A program made the position numbers and the translations under genes. From a bacterium (GTDB lineage Bacteria; Zhuqueibacterota; Zhuqueibacteria; Oceanimicrobiales; Oceanimicrobiaceae), in contig JBHHYI010000153.1 in NCBI GenBank assembly GCA_046757525.1, positions 1-10,174 of the forward strand: a DNA stretch of 10,174 nucleotides. Reading direction: 5' to 3'. Under the pieces are notes generated by a model, which was given only the letters and a program-made list of their open reading frames with translations, had not been told where the DNA came from and did not search any database. This document shows positions 1 through 7,257 of the stretch, piece by piece; positions within the stretch are counted from its first letter, which is position 1; the number at the start of each line of letters is the position of its first letter.

Positions 1-80
1 TTGGTCGGGACGTATCGAAGGGCGACGGCCGTCACCCCTCGATACGGTCACCTGAGAAGCGGTGACCTACTCGGGATGAC
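1..80. repeat. REP/REPIN-like palindromic element, probably truncated at the window start
   Basis: 16-bp stem cgtatcgaagggcgac (11-26) / gtcacccctcgatacg (31-46) with 2 mismatches. Second hairpin ggtcacc (46-52) / ggtgacc (61-67). The minus strand reads GTCATCCCGA-GTAG-GTCACC...GGTGAC, i.e. a GTAG tetranucleotide abutting a hairpin as in REP units. Confidence 0.65.
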
Positions 81-179
81 TCGCATATTGCTCCCTTGAA
101 ACGCCTGGAACAATGTTTCCTGAGACACAAGAATTTAGGTCGACAAAATGATGGACCGCGCCGCCAACCGGCAACCTAA

Positions 180-650
180 CTATTTGTGATATTTTTCCCC
201 ATTCAAAATAGAGAAGGCACGGTAGAGCTGCTCCAACAGGACGACTTTGGCCATTTCGTGTGGCAGCGTCATTTTGGAAAGAGACAGTTGCAACTGTGCC
301 TTATCGAGAATCTCCTCGGAAAGACCTGAAGCCCCACCGACAACAAAGGTGATCTTCTTGCAGCCGTGCAGCATTTTTTCGCGCAGCCAGGCAGTTAGTT
401 GTTCGGAATGCCACTCCTCCCCGTGAATGGCCAGAGCAACGAGAAATTCATCTGCCGCAATTTTGGCTAATATGCTCCCGGCCTCACTGGCTAAGGCCTC
501 CACGACATTCTTGTACGAATCCGCCGGCGTATTCTTCACCACAACCTGCTCGAGCTGCACGTACCTTTCAATTCTGGAGGTGTACTCCTTCTCAGCTAAC
601 TGCCAGTGTTTGTGTTTGAGTTTGCCGACGGTTATTATTTTTATTTTCAA
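180..650 (-). CDS. rlmH: 23S rRNA (pseudouridine1915-N3)-methyltransferase RlmH
   Basis: 156 aa, TTG start. N-terminal MKIKIITVGKLK, FVVGGASG, and LSLSKMTLPHEMAKVVLLEQLYRAFSILNGEKYHK are the RlmH SPOUT signature. Confidence 0.97.
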   Translation of the reverse strand: MKIKIITVGKLKHKHWQLAEKEYTSRIERYVQLEQVVVKNTPADSYKNVVEALASEAGSILAKIAADEFLVALAIHGEEWHSEQLTAWLREKMLHGCKKITFVVGGASGLSEEILDKAQLQLSLSKMTLPHEMAKVVLLEQLYRAFSILNGEKYHK

Positions 651-697
651 AAGAGTTCCTGTGGAGCTCTGGTTAGGTTAAATCGCTGCATTGGCTG

Positions 698-1891
698 CTA
701 TTCAGTGCTCGGTTGCGCACGCATTTCCTCCAAAATCTTCAGCACCTCGCCGGTTTTAATGCGGGTCTTGTAAAAAAGAACCGGGCCGTTGAAATCACTT
801 TTGGAGCAATTCAAACTGGCATTGACGGCCACGACAAAATTCTTCTGCTTGACCCGCGCCAGTTTCTCCAGTTTTTTCTGCAAATATTCCGGCGTCCAAA
901 AGCCAACGATCTCCAGCAAAACTTCGTGGCCATCGGGATGAGTGAATTTAAAATCCGGGATCAAAACCGAGTCGCCGAAATCCACTATTTCATTCTCTCG
1001 ATGGATTTCCCACGCGGTCTTGCGTTTGCCAAATTGCTCATGAAAGGCTTCCTCAACCGCGCTGTCAAAAGGATGCTCGGCTTTGTAGTGGCTGTGGAGT
1101 CCACAGTCCTGATCCAGGTAAAACAACCGCTCCCCGCTGTCTGTTCTGACCTGCGCCCACATCTGCCATTTCTTAGCCAACATCAAACCCGGCAGAAACC
1201 TGGCCAGGTTGACGCCATATTTTTGCGTCCTTCTGAAAAGAGAAAAAGGGCCGTCCACCGTAATTTGGTAGGCCGCTTCAACCTTGCGTATCTTGTGAAT
1301 GAGGCCGGCTAATTTCAAGTACTTGAAAACGGTCTTGTAGCTGTCCCAGACTTTGATTTCCATTAGATAGCACCGGTACAGCAGCCCCTGGGCCAGGGCC
1401 AAGTTGTAGCGGCGAATCACGTCCTCGGCGGCCAGGTGCTGATTGAGTTTTACAAGTATTTGTTGCTCAGGCAAATCGCCGTAAAGAGTAAGCGGCCACT
1501 TGGGATTTTGGGCTCGGTACTTGGCCACCACCTGTTTCCGGGTATTTCGGTGCACCAAATCCGCCTGGCGTACGACCGGACGAAACTGCTCCACATATTC
1601 AAAAAATTGTTTGCGAAATTCGGGGTAGTCGAATTCTTCCGCTGGTTCGTACTCAGAAAAACCGTCCAATATCTTGGCCAATCCGCGCAGAATTTTGTAC
1701 CCCACCCGGTCTTCTTCGTAGGCATCGAGCGCTTGCTCTAATGCGCTCCGTGGGTTACCCTGGTGTTGCTGGAAAATTGCAATCAGATCGCCGGCAATTT
1801 TGAGATAGTAGTCGGCGTGTTTTCGCGTGAGGTAGCGAGGTGAGATGGTGCGATCGTCGGTCTTGAAACGCAGCAGGTCACTGGTAAGCAT
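698..1891 (-). CDS. DUF790 family protein (Bax1-like PD-(D/E)xK endonuclease)
   Basis: 397 aa. Motifs MLTSDLL, LYGDL, RYNLALAQGLLYR, DGPFSLFRRTQKYG, FDSAVE, IPDF...EIVGFWTPEYLQKK. Its start overlaps the upstream helicase end by 14 nt. Confidence 0.9.
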   Translation of the reverse strand: MLTSDLLRFKTDDRTISPRYLTRKHADYYLKIAGDLIAIFQQHQGNPRSALEQALDAYEEDRVGYKILRGLAKILDGFSEYEPAEEFDYPEFRKQFFEYVEQFRPVVRQADLVHRNTRKQVVAKYRAQNPKWPLTLYGDLPEQQILVKLNQHLAAEDVIRRYNLALAQGLLYRCYLMEIKVWDSYKTVFKYLKLAGLIHKIRKVEAAYQITVDGPFSLFRRTQKYGVNLARFLPGLMLAKKWQMWAQVRTDSGERLFYLDQDCGLHSHYKAEHPFDSAVEEAFHEQFGKRKTAWEIHRENEIVDFGDSVLIPDFKFTHPDGHEVLLEIVGFWTPEYLQKKLEKLARVKQKNFVVAVNASLNCSKSDFNGPVLFYKTRIKTGEVLKILEEMRAQPSTE

Positions 1892-3248
1892 CGCTGCGCC
1901 TCCGGCGGTAGGAAATCTGCGCCTCCCGGGTGCCGCGTGTCACCAATTCGTACAACACGGCTTGCTTGTCGGGTGTCTTCCTCAAGATTCGTCCCAGGCG
2001 TTGTAGATGTTCAACCGGACTTGCGCTACCGCTCAAAATGATGGCCACATTTGCTGCCGGGATGTCCACCCCTTCATTCAAGACCTTGGATGTTACCAGC
2101 ACTCCATACTTTCCGGTTCTGAAATAATCCAGAATCCACTTCCTTTCCTTGGTTTTTGTGTGATGGGTGATGGCCGGGATCAAGAACTGTTCAGAAATCT
2201 GGTAGACCAGCTCATTGCTTTCCGCAAAAATCAGGATGCGATCTTTTTGATGTATCTTGAGCAGAGATTCCAACACTTGCAGTTTTTGTTCAGCACCCAG
2301 CACGACCCGTCTGGCCTTCAAGCGCGCCAGAAAGGCCTTGCGCGCCTGCGGATCGTAGGCGCTGGCCTGAATAAACGCCTTGAGGTCTGGACCGTAGAAC
2401 TTGAACCCCTGGTCCTTGACGCAGGCCTCGTAGAGCCTCTGATTTTCTTCATAGGTGCGTTTTTCCTGCGGCAGCAAATCTACGGCGATTTTCATCGTGG
2501 TGTATTCCGCTAAATGGTCCCCCTCCAAATCTTTGATGTTCTTTTCGTAGACCTTCTCCCCAATGAGCCGTTCTAATTTTCCGTGCAAGCCGTCCTGCCG
2601 TGCGAAGGTCGCCGTCAGTCCCAGGCGAAACGGTGCCAGACTCATTTCCGGTATGTGTGAATAGGTCGCCGACGGCAGATGGTGGGCTTCGTCAAAGATC
2701 AACAGGGCAAAGCGGTCGCCATATTGATCCATGTGAATGTACGCGCTGTCATAGGTGGTTACGGTGACTGCCCGAATTTCATGGTAGCCGCCGCCGAGGA
2801 CACCGACCTCAATACCAAAAGCATTGCTGATCAGGTCATACCACTGATTCATCAGATCGAGCGTCGGCAGCACCACCAGCGTGCTTTGGTTTACGTGCTG
2901 CATGGCGCTGAGCGCCACCCAACTTTTGCCCGTGCCCGTTGGCAGGCAAACGGCGCCGCGACAAGCAGCCTTGAGCCAGGCCTCGATCGCCTCCTGCTGG
3001 TAAGGGCGCAGCTCTACTTTCATGCGAAGCCTGAGCTTCAGCTTGACAAACGCTTCCGAGCGATCCTGAAAGGCAATTTTCTTTGCTTGCAGCCAGCGGG
3101 TGATTTCATCGTGGTACATGGCCTTGGCCCGCCACTGTTGCGTGCGAGCGTCCCACACAAAGTAGGGAAGATCGAAATCAGGTGCGAAATCTCTCAAAAG
3201 CAGCGTGCCCTGATGAAAGGTCAATGTCGGTAGGGCTTTGGGATTCAT
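1878..3248 (-). CDS. XPB/Rad25/Ssl2-like SF2 DEAH helicase
   Basis: 456 aa. Q motif LRPYQQEA, Walker A LPTGTGKS, Ia LVVLPT, Walker B DEAHH, III GLTAT, V LNEGVDIP, VI QRLGRILR. The short N-terminal WDARTQQWRA region resembles the XPB damage-recognition domain. Confidence 0.92.
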   Translation of the reverse strand: MNPKALPTLTFHQGTLLLRDFAPDFDLPYFVWDARTQQWRAKAMYHDEITRWLQAKKIAFQDRSEAFVKLKLRLRMKVELRPYQQEAIEAWLKAACRGAVCLPTGTGKSWVALSAMQHVNQSTLVVLPTLDLMNQWYDLISNAFGIEVGVLGGGYHEIRAVTVTTYDSAYIHMDQYGDRFALLIFDEAHHLPSATYSHIPEMSLAPFRLGLTATFARQDGLHGKLERLIGEKVYEKNIKDLEGDHLAEYTTMKIAVDLLPQEKRTYEENQRLYEACVKDQGFKFYGPDLKAFIQASAYDPQARKAFLARLKARRVVLGAEQKLQVLESLLKIHQKDRILIFAESNELVYQISEQFLIPAITHHTKTKERKWILDYFRTGKYGVLVTSKVLNEGVDIPAANVAIILSGSASPVEHLQRLGRILRKTPDKQAVLYELVTRGTREAQISYRRRRSDAYQ

Positions 3249-3309
3249 CTAATTTCGCATGGATTGAGTGCCTTTATTCCTCACCGATTCTGGCATCAAT
3301 GCCACCAAT

Positions 3310-3339
3310 AAAAAACCCTCTAAAATGCTTTTTAGAGGG
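3310..3339 (-). terminator. Rho-independent terminator
   Basis: 10-bp stem ccctctaaaa (3316-3325) / ttttagaggg (3330-3339), 4-nt loop, followed on the minus strand by U6 (3315-3310). Confidence 0.8.
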
Positions 3340-3369
3340 CGCGAGTCTTGTGAGGCAATTGGTTACCGC

Positions 3370-3402
3370 TTAACCTATTATTAAAATGCTCTTGAAACTC
3401 AT
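3370..3402 (-). CDS. Putative 10-aa micropeptide / leader peptide MSFKSILIIG
   Basis: Minus strand AAAGGGGGGAGAG-ATG AGT TTC AAG AGC ATT TTA ATA ATA GGT TAA: a purine-rich SD-like tract directly before ATG, inside a promoter-terminator unit. Confidence 0.45.
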   Translation of the reverse strand: MSFKSILIIG

Positions 3403-3480
3403 CTCTCCCCCCTTTAGTCGAAAAGGATTAGATATTTTGAGTTAACCGCTGCCGTGCCGTTTCCCGTTTCTTAAAGCTAC

Positions 3481-3509
3481 ATTATAAGAAAAATAATACA
3501 GAATGTCAA
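3481..3509 (-). promoter_or_regulatory. Perfect-consensus sigma70 promoter
   Basis: TTGACA (3509-3504), 17-nt spacer, TATAAT (3486-3481). Confidence 0.85.
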
Positions 3510-3539
3510 CATTTTTCTACAATGTCGCAAGTTCTTGCT

Positions 3540-4022
3540 CTAAAGTTTGTAACCGATTTTTCGCAAAAACTCTTTGCGTTCCTGCACGTCGGCCTCTTGC
3601 TCCTCTCCCACTGGGGGCTGCCCGTCTACCAGCCCCATAACCCCGCGCCCTTGCTCGGTTTCTGCAACGATGACCTCCACGGGGTTGGCCGTGGCACAGT
3701 AAATCTCGCAGATCTCTGGAACGTCCTTCAAGGCTTTCATGACATTGATTGGAAAGGCGTTTTCCAATAATAGGATGAACAGATGTCCCGCACCGATGTT
3801 CATGGCATTTTGCTTCGCCAGGTCTTTCAACGAGTCGTCCGTGCCTGAAAGTCGCACCAGGCGCGGTCCTGAGGACTCGTTGAAGGCCAAACCAAATTTT
3901 ATTCCTGGTACGGTGCCCACCAGGGCCTCGTAAATATCCTCCACCGTCTTGATGAAGTGGGATTGTCCCATAATGACATTGAGTCCTTCGGGTTTTTCGA
4001 TTTTTACGGTATGGAGCTGCAT
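3540..4022 (-). CDS. Adenosine-specific kinase / adenosine-binding protein (DUF355-like)
   Basis: 160 aa. NVIMGQSHFIKTVEDIYEAL, KFGLAFNESSG, IGAGHLF, AFPINV, VPEICEIYCATANP, GRGVMGLVDG, RKEFLRKIGYKL. SD GGAGGTG upstream. Confidence 0.92.
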   Translation of the reverse strand: MQLHTVKIEKPEGLNVIMGQSHFIKTVEDIYEALVGTVPGIKFGLAFNESSGPRLVRLSGTDDSLKDLAKQNAMNIGAGHLFILLLENAFPINVMKALKDVPEICEIYCATANPVEVIVAETEQGRGVMGLVDGQPPVGEEQEADVQERKEFLRKIGYKL

Positions 4023-4105
4023 GATTCACCTCCCTGGTTTGACCGGACATGCGGTTATCGAGTCAATGAGATATGAGGATACGAGATAGGTGTCGTAGTA
4101 GGGTT

Positions 4106-4134
4106 ATAATAACAAATCGTGACCGAAATGTCAA
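4106..4134 (-). promoter_or_regulatory. sigma70 promoter for the adenosine-specific kinase gene
   Basis: TTGACA (4134-4129), 17 nt, TATTAT (4111-4106) with an extended -10 TGn. Confidence 0.7.
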
Positions 4135-4207
4135 TCTTTTTTTGCGCAGATTTTTGGGTGGGAGCTGTGGCACGGGAAGACACGATTGGCGCCTTACGGC
4201 TTGCAAC

Positions 4208-4234
4208 AAAAAAGGCAGCTTTTGAAGCTGCCTT
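4208..4234 (-). terminator. Rho-independent terminator downstream of rplS
   Basis: Stem aaggcagctt (4212-4221) / aagctgcctt (4225-4234), ending in a U6 run on the minus strand, ~45 nt after the rplS stop. Confidence 0.85.
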
Positions 4235-4277
4235 CTCTGCTAAATCTAAGCTCGGTTTGTGTCGCGGAAAAAGGCGC

Positions 4278-4625
4278 CTACTTTTCCCGCTTCTCAGCAA
4301 TTCGGGCTGCTCTGCCTCTCAAGCCTCTCAGATAATACAACTTAGCACGCCTGACTTTACCTGAACGCAATCTCACGATCTTGTCCACATTCGGGGAATG
4401 CAAAGGGAAGATACGCTCGACGCCGACACCGTTGGAGAATTTGCGTACGGTCACGGTCTCATTGATGCCCCCTCCCTTTCTCTTGATCACCACACCTTCG
4501 AAAACCTGAATTCTCTCCTTGTCGCCCTCGATGACTTTGGAATGCACGGCTACGGTATCGCCCGGTCCAAAATCAGGAATGTCTTTTTTCAACTCTCCGG
4601 TTAAAAGAGCATCTACTTTGTGCAT
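4278..4625 (-). CDS. rplS: 50S ribosomal protein L19 (bL19)
   Basis: [59 protein letters not shown]. Confidence 0.99.
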   Translation of the reverse strand: MHKVDALLTGELKKDIPDFGPGDTVAVHSKVIEGDKERIQVFEGVVIKRKGGGINETVTVRKFSNGVGVERIFPLHSPNVDKIVRLRSGKVRRAKLYYLRGLRGRAARIAEKREK

Positions 4626-4659
4626 GGCACTTCACCTCCAGACAAATCTATTTTCCAAA

Positions 4660-5352
4660 TTATTCATTATTCATACTTAACAAATCGCCTCTTTGAGCCT
4701 TGGTATGCTGCAAAGCTTTATTCTTGCGCCATTTTTCGATCTCGGCATGATGTCCCGAAATCAAAACCTCAGGGACTTTCATGCCCCGAAATTCGCGTGG
4801 GCGCGTGTAATAAGGACAGTCCAAATGGCCTTGTTCGAAAGAATCGCTCAGGGCCGAATCGGAGTCACCCAAAACTCCGGGGAGCAATCGCACTACCGCG
4901 TCAATCACGACCATGGCTGGCAATTCTCCCCCCGTCAAAATGTAATCGCCAATAGAAATCTCATCGGTGGCCAAATGTTCCCGAACCCGTTCGTCGACGC
5001 CTTTGTAATGCCCACAAAGGAATATGAGATCTTTTTTCTGGCTCAAAGCCCTGGCTTTTTTCTGATCAAACCTGCTGCCCCTTGGACTCATCAGCACGAT
5101 GTCGGGGCAGCTCAGGTTTTCATTTTCTTTAATGAAATCAACAGCTTTAAACAAGGGCTCTGGCTTCAAGATCATGCCGGGGCCACCGCCATACGGGTAA
5201 TCGTCCACTTGCTTGTGCTTGTCCGCAGTAAAATCACGCAGATCGATCACCCGGATTTGCACGATTGCTTTCTCTTGCGCTCTCTTGAGAATACTCTCGT
5301 TAAATGGGCCTTCGAGAAGCTTTGGGAAAGCCGTTACAACAAAAATATTCAT
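4660..5352 (-). CDS. trmD: tRNA (guanine37-N1)-methyltransferase TrmD
   Basis: VDDYPYGGGPGM, LMSPRG, CGHYKGVDERV, SIGDYILTGGE, LDCPYYTRP, VPEVLISGHH. Confidence 0.99.
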   Translation of the reverse strand: MNIFVVTAFPKLLEGPFNESILKRAQEKAIVQIRVIDLRDFTADKHKQVDDYPYGGGPGMILKPEPLFKAVDFIKENENLSCPDIVLMSPRGSRFDQKKARALSQKKDLIFLCGHYKGVDERVREHLATDEISIGDYILTGGELPAMVVIDAVVRLLPGVLGDSDSALSDSFEQGHLDCPYYTRPREFRGMKVPEVLISGHHAEIEKWRKNKALQHTKAQRGDLLSMNNE

Positions 5353-5359
5353 GCCGCAG

Positions 5360-5887
5360 CTAATCCTGGTCTAAAAGTCCCTCCATGGGATCGATAATGA
5401 TCTCGCCTTTGTCCACATCGACTTTTTTAACAACTTGCTTAATAGCGGGAATAAGCACCTCCCGGTTGCCTTTCTTCACCACGTAAATGCTGTTGGCAGG
5501 AACTTCCCAAACATCCACAACAAACCCCAGGCTGCGGCCATCAGTGGTTTTCACAGTCGAACCAATTACCTCAAAATGGTAAAACTCGTCCTCTGCCAGC
5601 GGCAAGCAGTCCTCCCGCCTTATCTTGATTGTAGAACCTTTGAGAGATAGTGCCTCATCCCGCGAGGCAACCCCTTTTAGTCCAAGAAAGATGGTGTGCC
5701 CACGCACCGAAGCCTTCACGATTTTAAATTCCGTCCGAATCCCTTGAGGGGATTCAACAAAGATTTTTTTGAGCTGGGTAAATCGCTGTGGATGGTCAGT
5801 AGCGGCCCTGACCCTCACTTCGCCTTTGACCCCGTGTGCCTTCTCGATATAACCGATCTCAACGAAATCGGGCAATGCACGCTTCAC
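5360..5887 (-). CDS. rimM: Ribosome maturation factor RimM
   Basis: IGYIEKAHGVKGEV, LAEDEFYHFEVIG, EVLIPAIKQVV. GTG start. Canonical position before trmD. Confidence 0.97.
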   Translation of the reverse strand: MKRALPDFVEIGYIEKAHGVKGEVRVRAATDHPQRFTQLKKIFVESPQGIRTEFKIVKASVRGHTIFLGLKGVASRDEALSLKGSTIKIRREDCLPLAEDEFYHFEVIGSTVKTTDGRSLGFVVDVWEVPANSIYVVKKGNREVLIPAIKQVVKKVDVDKGEIIIDPMEGLLDQD

Positions 5888-5905
5888 AAACTCTAATCTG
5901 TGGTT

Positions 5906-6136
5906 CTATTCTAAGATTTCAAGTACCGCGCGTTTTCCTGTCTTAGCCGAGGCTGCAGACAAGAGCGTCCTCAGAGACTTGGCAGTTTGTCCTCTGCGAC
6001 CGATTACCTTACCCATATCCCCCTGGCCAACTCGCAATTCGTAAACCACAGTACGCTCCCCGTCAACTACGTTTACATATACTTCGTCAGGTTTATCTAC
6101 CAGGTGCTTCACTATAAAAATGATGAAGTCCTTCAT
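5906..6136 (-). CDS. khpA: KH-domain RNA-binding protein KhpA (YlqC/UPF0109)
   Basis: 76 aa, LVDKPDEV and DMGKVIGRRGQTAKSLRTL (GxxG loop). SD GGGAGG. Conserved position between rpsP and rimM. Confidence 0.95.
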   Translation of the reverse strand: MKDFIIFIVKHLVDKPDEVYVNVVDGERTVVYELRVGQGDMGKVIGRRGQTAKSLRTLLSAASAKTGKRAVLEILE

Positions 6137-6373
6137 GTTTTAACCTCCCTTTTAGAATCTGACCTTGAATCTGATTGATTCGTTTGATTTAGTTTATCGT
6201 TTCGCTACTACAATTACCCTTGGCAAGCCGCCGCTTCAATTCTGCACCGGGTTAATAATTTTTGGGAGACTTTAGTATATGCTATTTGTGACTTTGAGAT
6301 AAACCTCCTATGGTTGATTGGAGTGGTCCGCTTTCAGACTCGTCCGTCCCTGTGACCCTGAAATGAGAATACG

Positions 6374-7228
6374 TTATTTCTTGTCCTTTAGTTCCTTTCC
6401 AGTTGGTGAAGCATCCTCAGAAGTGGCCTTTGTGGTTGCTTCTTTGGCTTTTTCTGCTTTTGCTTCGTCTTTCGCAGCGGTCTCAGATTCAGATTCGGTT
6501 TCAGATTCTTCTACTGCCTGGGTCACTTCCTGAACTTTTGCTTCCTTTTTGGCCGGGGTCTCTTTTTCCGGCTTAGCTTCTGCATTCGCAGCGCTGCCTT
6601 TTTCCTCTACCTCAACGGTTTCTGACGGCGCTGCTACCGCCGCTTCAGTCTTAGATTCTGCGACGGTCTCGGCTTCTTGCTGGACCTCGGTTTCGGCTTT
6701 AGCCTTGGATTTTGCTTTCGGTTTGGCTGCCTCTTCCACAACGGTTTCCTCTTTGACTACTTCAATGACTTCTGCCTGCTCACCGGTTTCAGCTTCAGCA
6801 ATGGGCTCAGCCTCTTCAACCTGGGCTTTGGTCTTGGCCTTTTCTTTCTTGGCCTTGCTCTCTCGTTTCTTTTGTTCTGCCAACGCTTGCAGGCGTTTCT
6901 GTTTTTCCAGTTGCAGAACTTCCCATTTTTTCAGTTCCTCCTGAATCTGCTCTTCATTCAAACCTTGTCTGAGCAGATGCATCTTGAAGGCGATCCCTGT
7001 CCTCTTCAAAAAGCTGCGCACCGTGTCCGTCGGGATCGCACCGCGCTGCAGCCAATACAAGGCTCTGTCTTCATTCAGTTTGATCTCTGCTGGATCTTTG
7101 AGCGGATCGTAAGTACCTATATTTTCGATGTAGCGCCCTTGCCTTGGCGCTCTTGAGTCAATAGCCACAATGCGGTAGAAAGGCTGTTTTTTCTTACCCA
7201 TTCTTCGCAAACGTAATTTCAATGCCAA
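6374..7228 (-). CDS. rpsP: 30S ribosomal protein S16 (bS16) with a long C-terminal extension
   Basis: LKLRLRRMGKKKQPFYRIVAIDSR...IENIGTYDP...YWLQRGAIPTDTV core. TTG start with AGGAGG SD. About 200 additional E/K/A-rich residues. Confidence 0.97.
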   Translation of the reverse strand: MALKLRLRRMGKKKQPFYRIVAIDSRAPRQGRYIENIGTYDPLKDPAEIKLNEDRALYWLQRGAIPTDTVRSFLKRTGIAFKMHLLRQGLNEEQIQEELKKWEVLQLEKQKRLQALAEQKKRESKAKKEKAKTKAQVEEAEPIAEAETGEQAEVIEVVKEETVVEEAAKPKAKSKAKAETEVQQEAETVAESKTEAAVAAPSETVEVEEKGSAANAEAKPEKETPAKKEAKVQEVTQAVEESETESESETAAKDEAKAEKAKEATTKATSEDASPTGKELKDKK

Positions 7229-7257
7229 ATGAATCCTCCTTACTAATTGTAATAAAA

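Larger units (their letters stand above)
3310..3474 (-). ncRNA. Candidate ~165-nt structured small RNA or leader transcript
   Basis: Bounded by a consensus sigma70 promoter and an intrinsic terminator, with several internal complementary segments. No known RNA family recognised; the 5' end is estimated from the -10 position. Confidence 0.5.

Noticed and set aside
180..200. rlmH 3' end as an SCCmec/orfX-type integration site
   Set aside because: No recombinase or duplicated att sequence in the window; the similarity is just coding conservation.
4055..4364. ORFs 4055-4300 (-) and 4119-4364 (+)
   Set aside because: They run across the rplS terminator and the kinase promoter, with no protein-like features.
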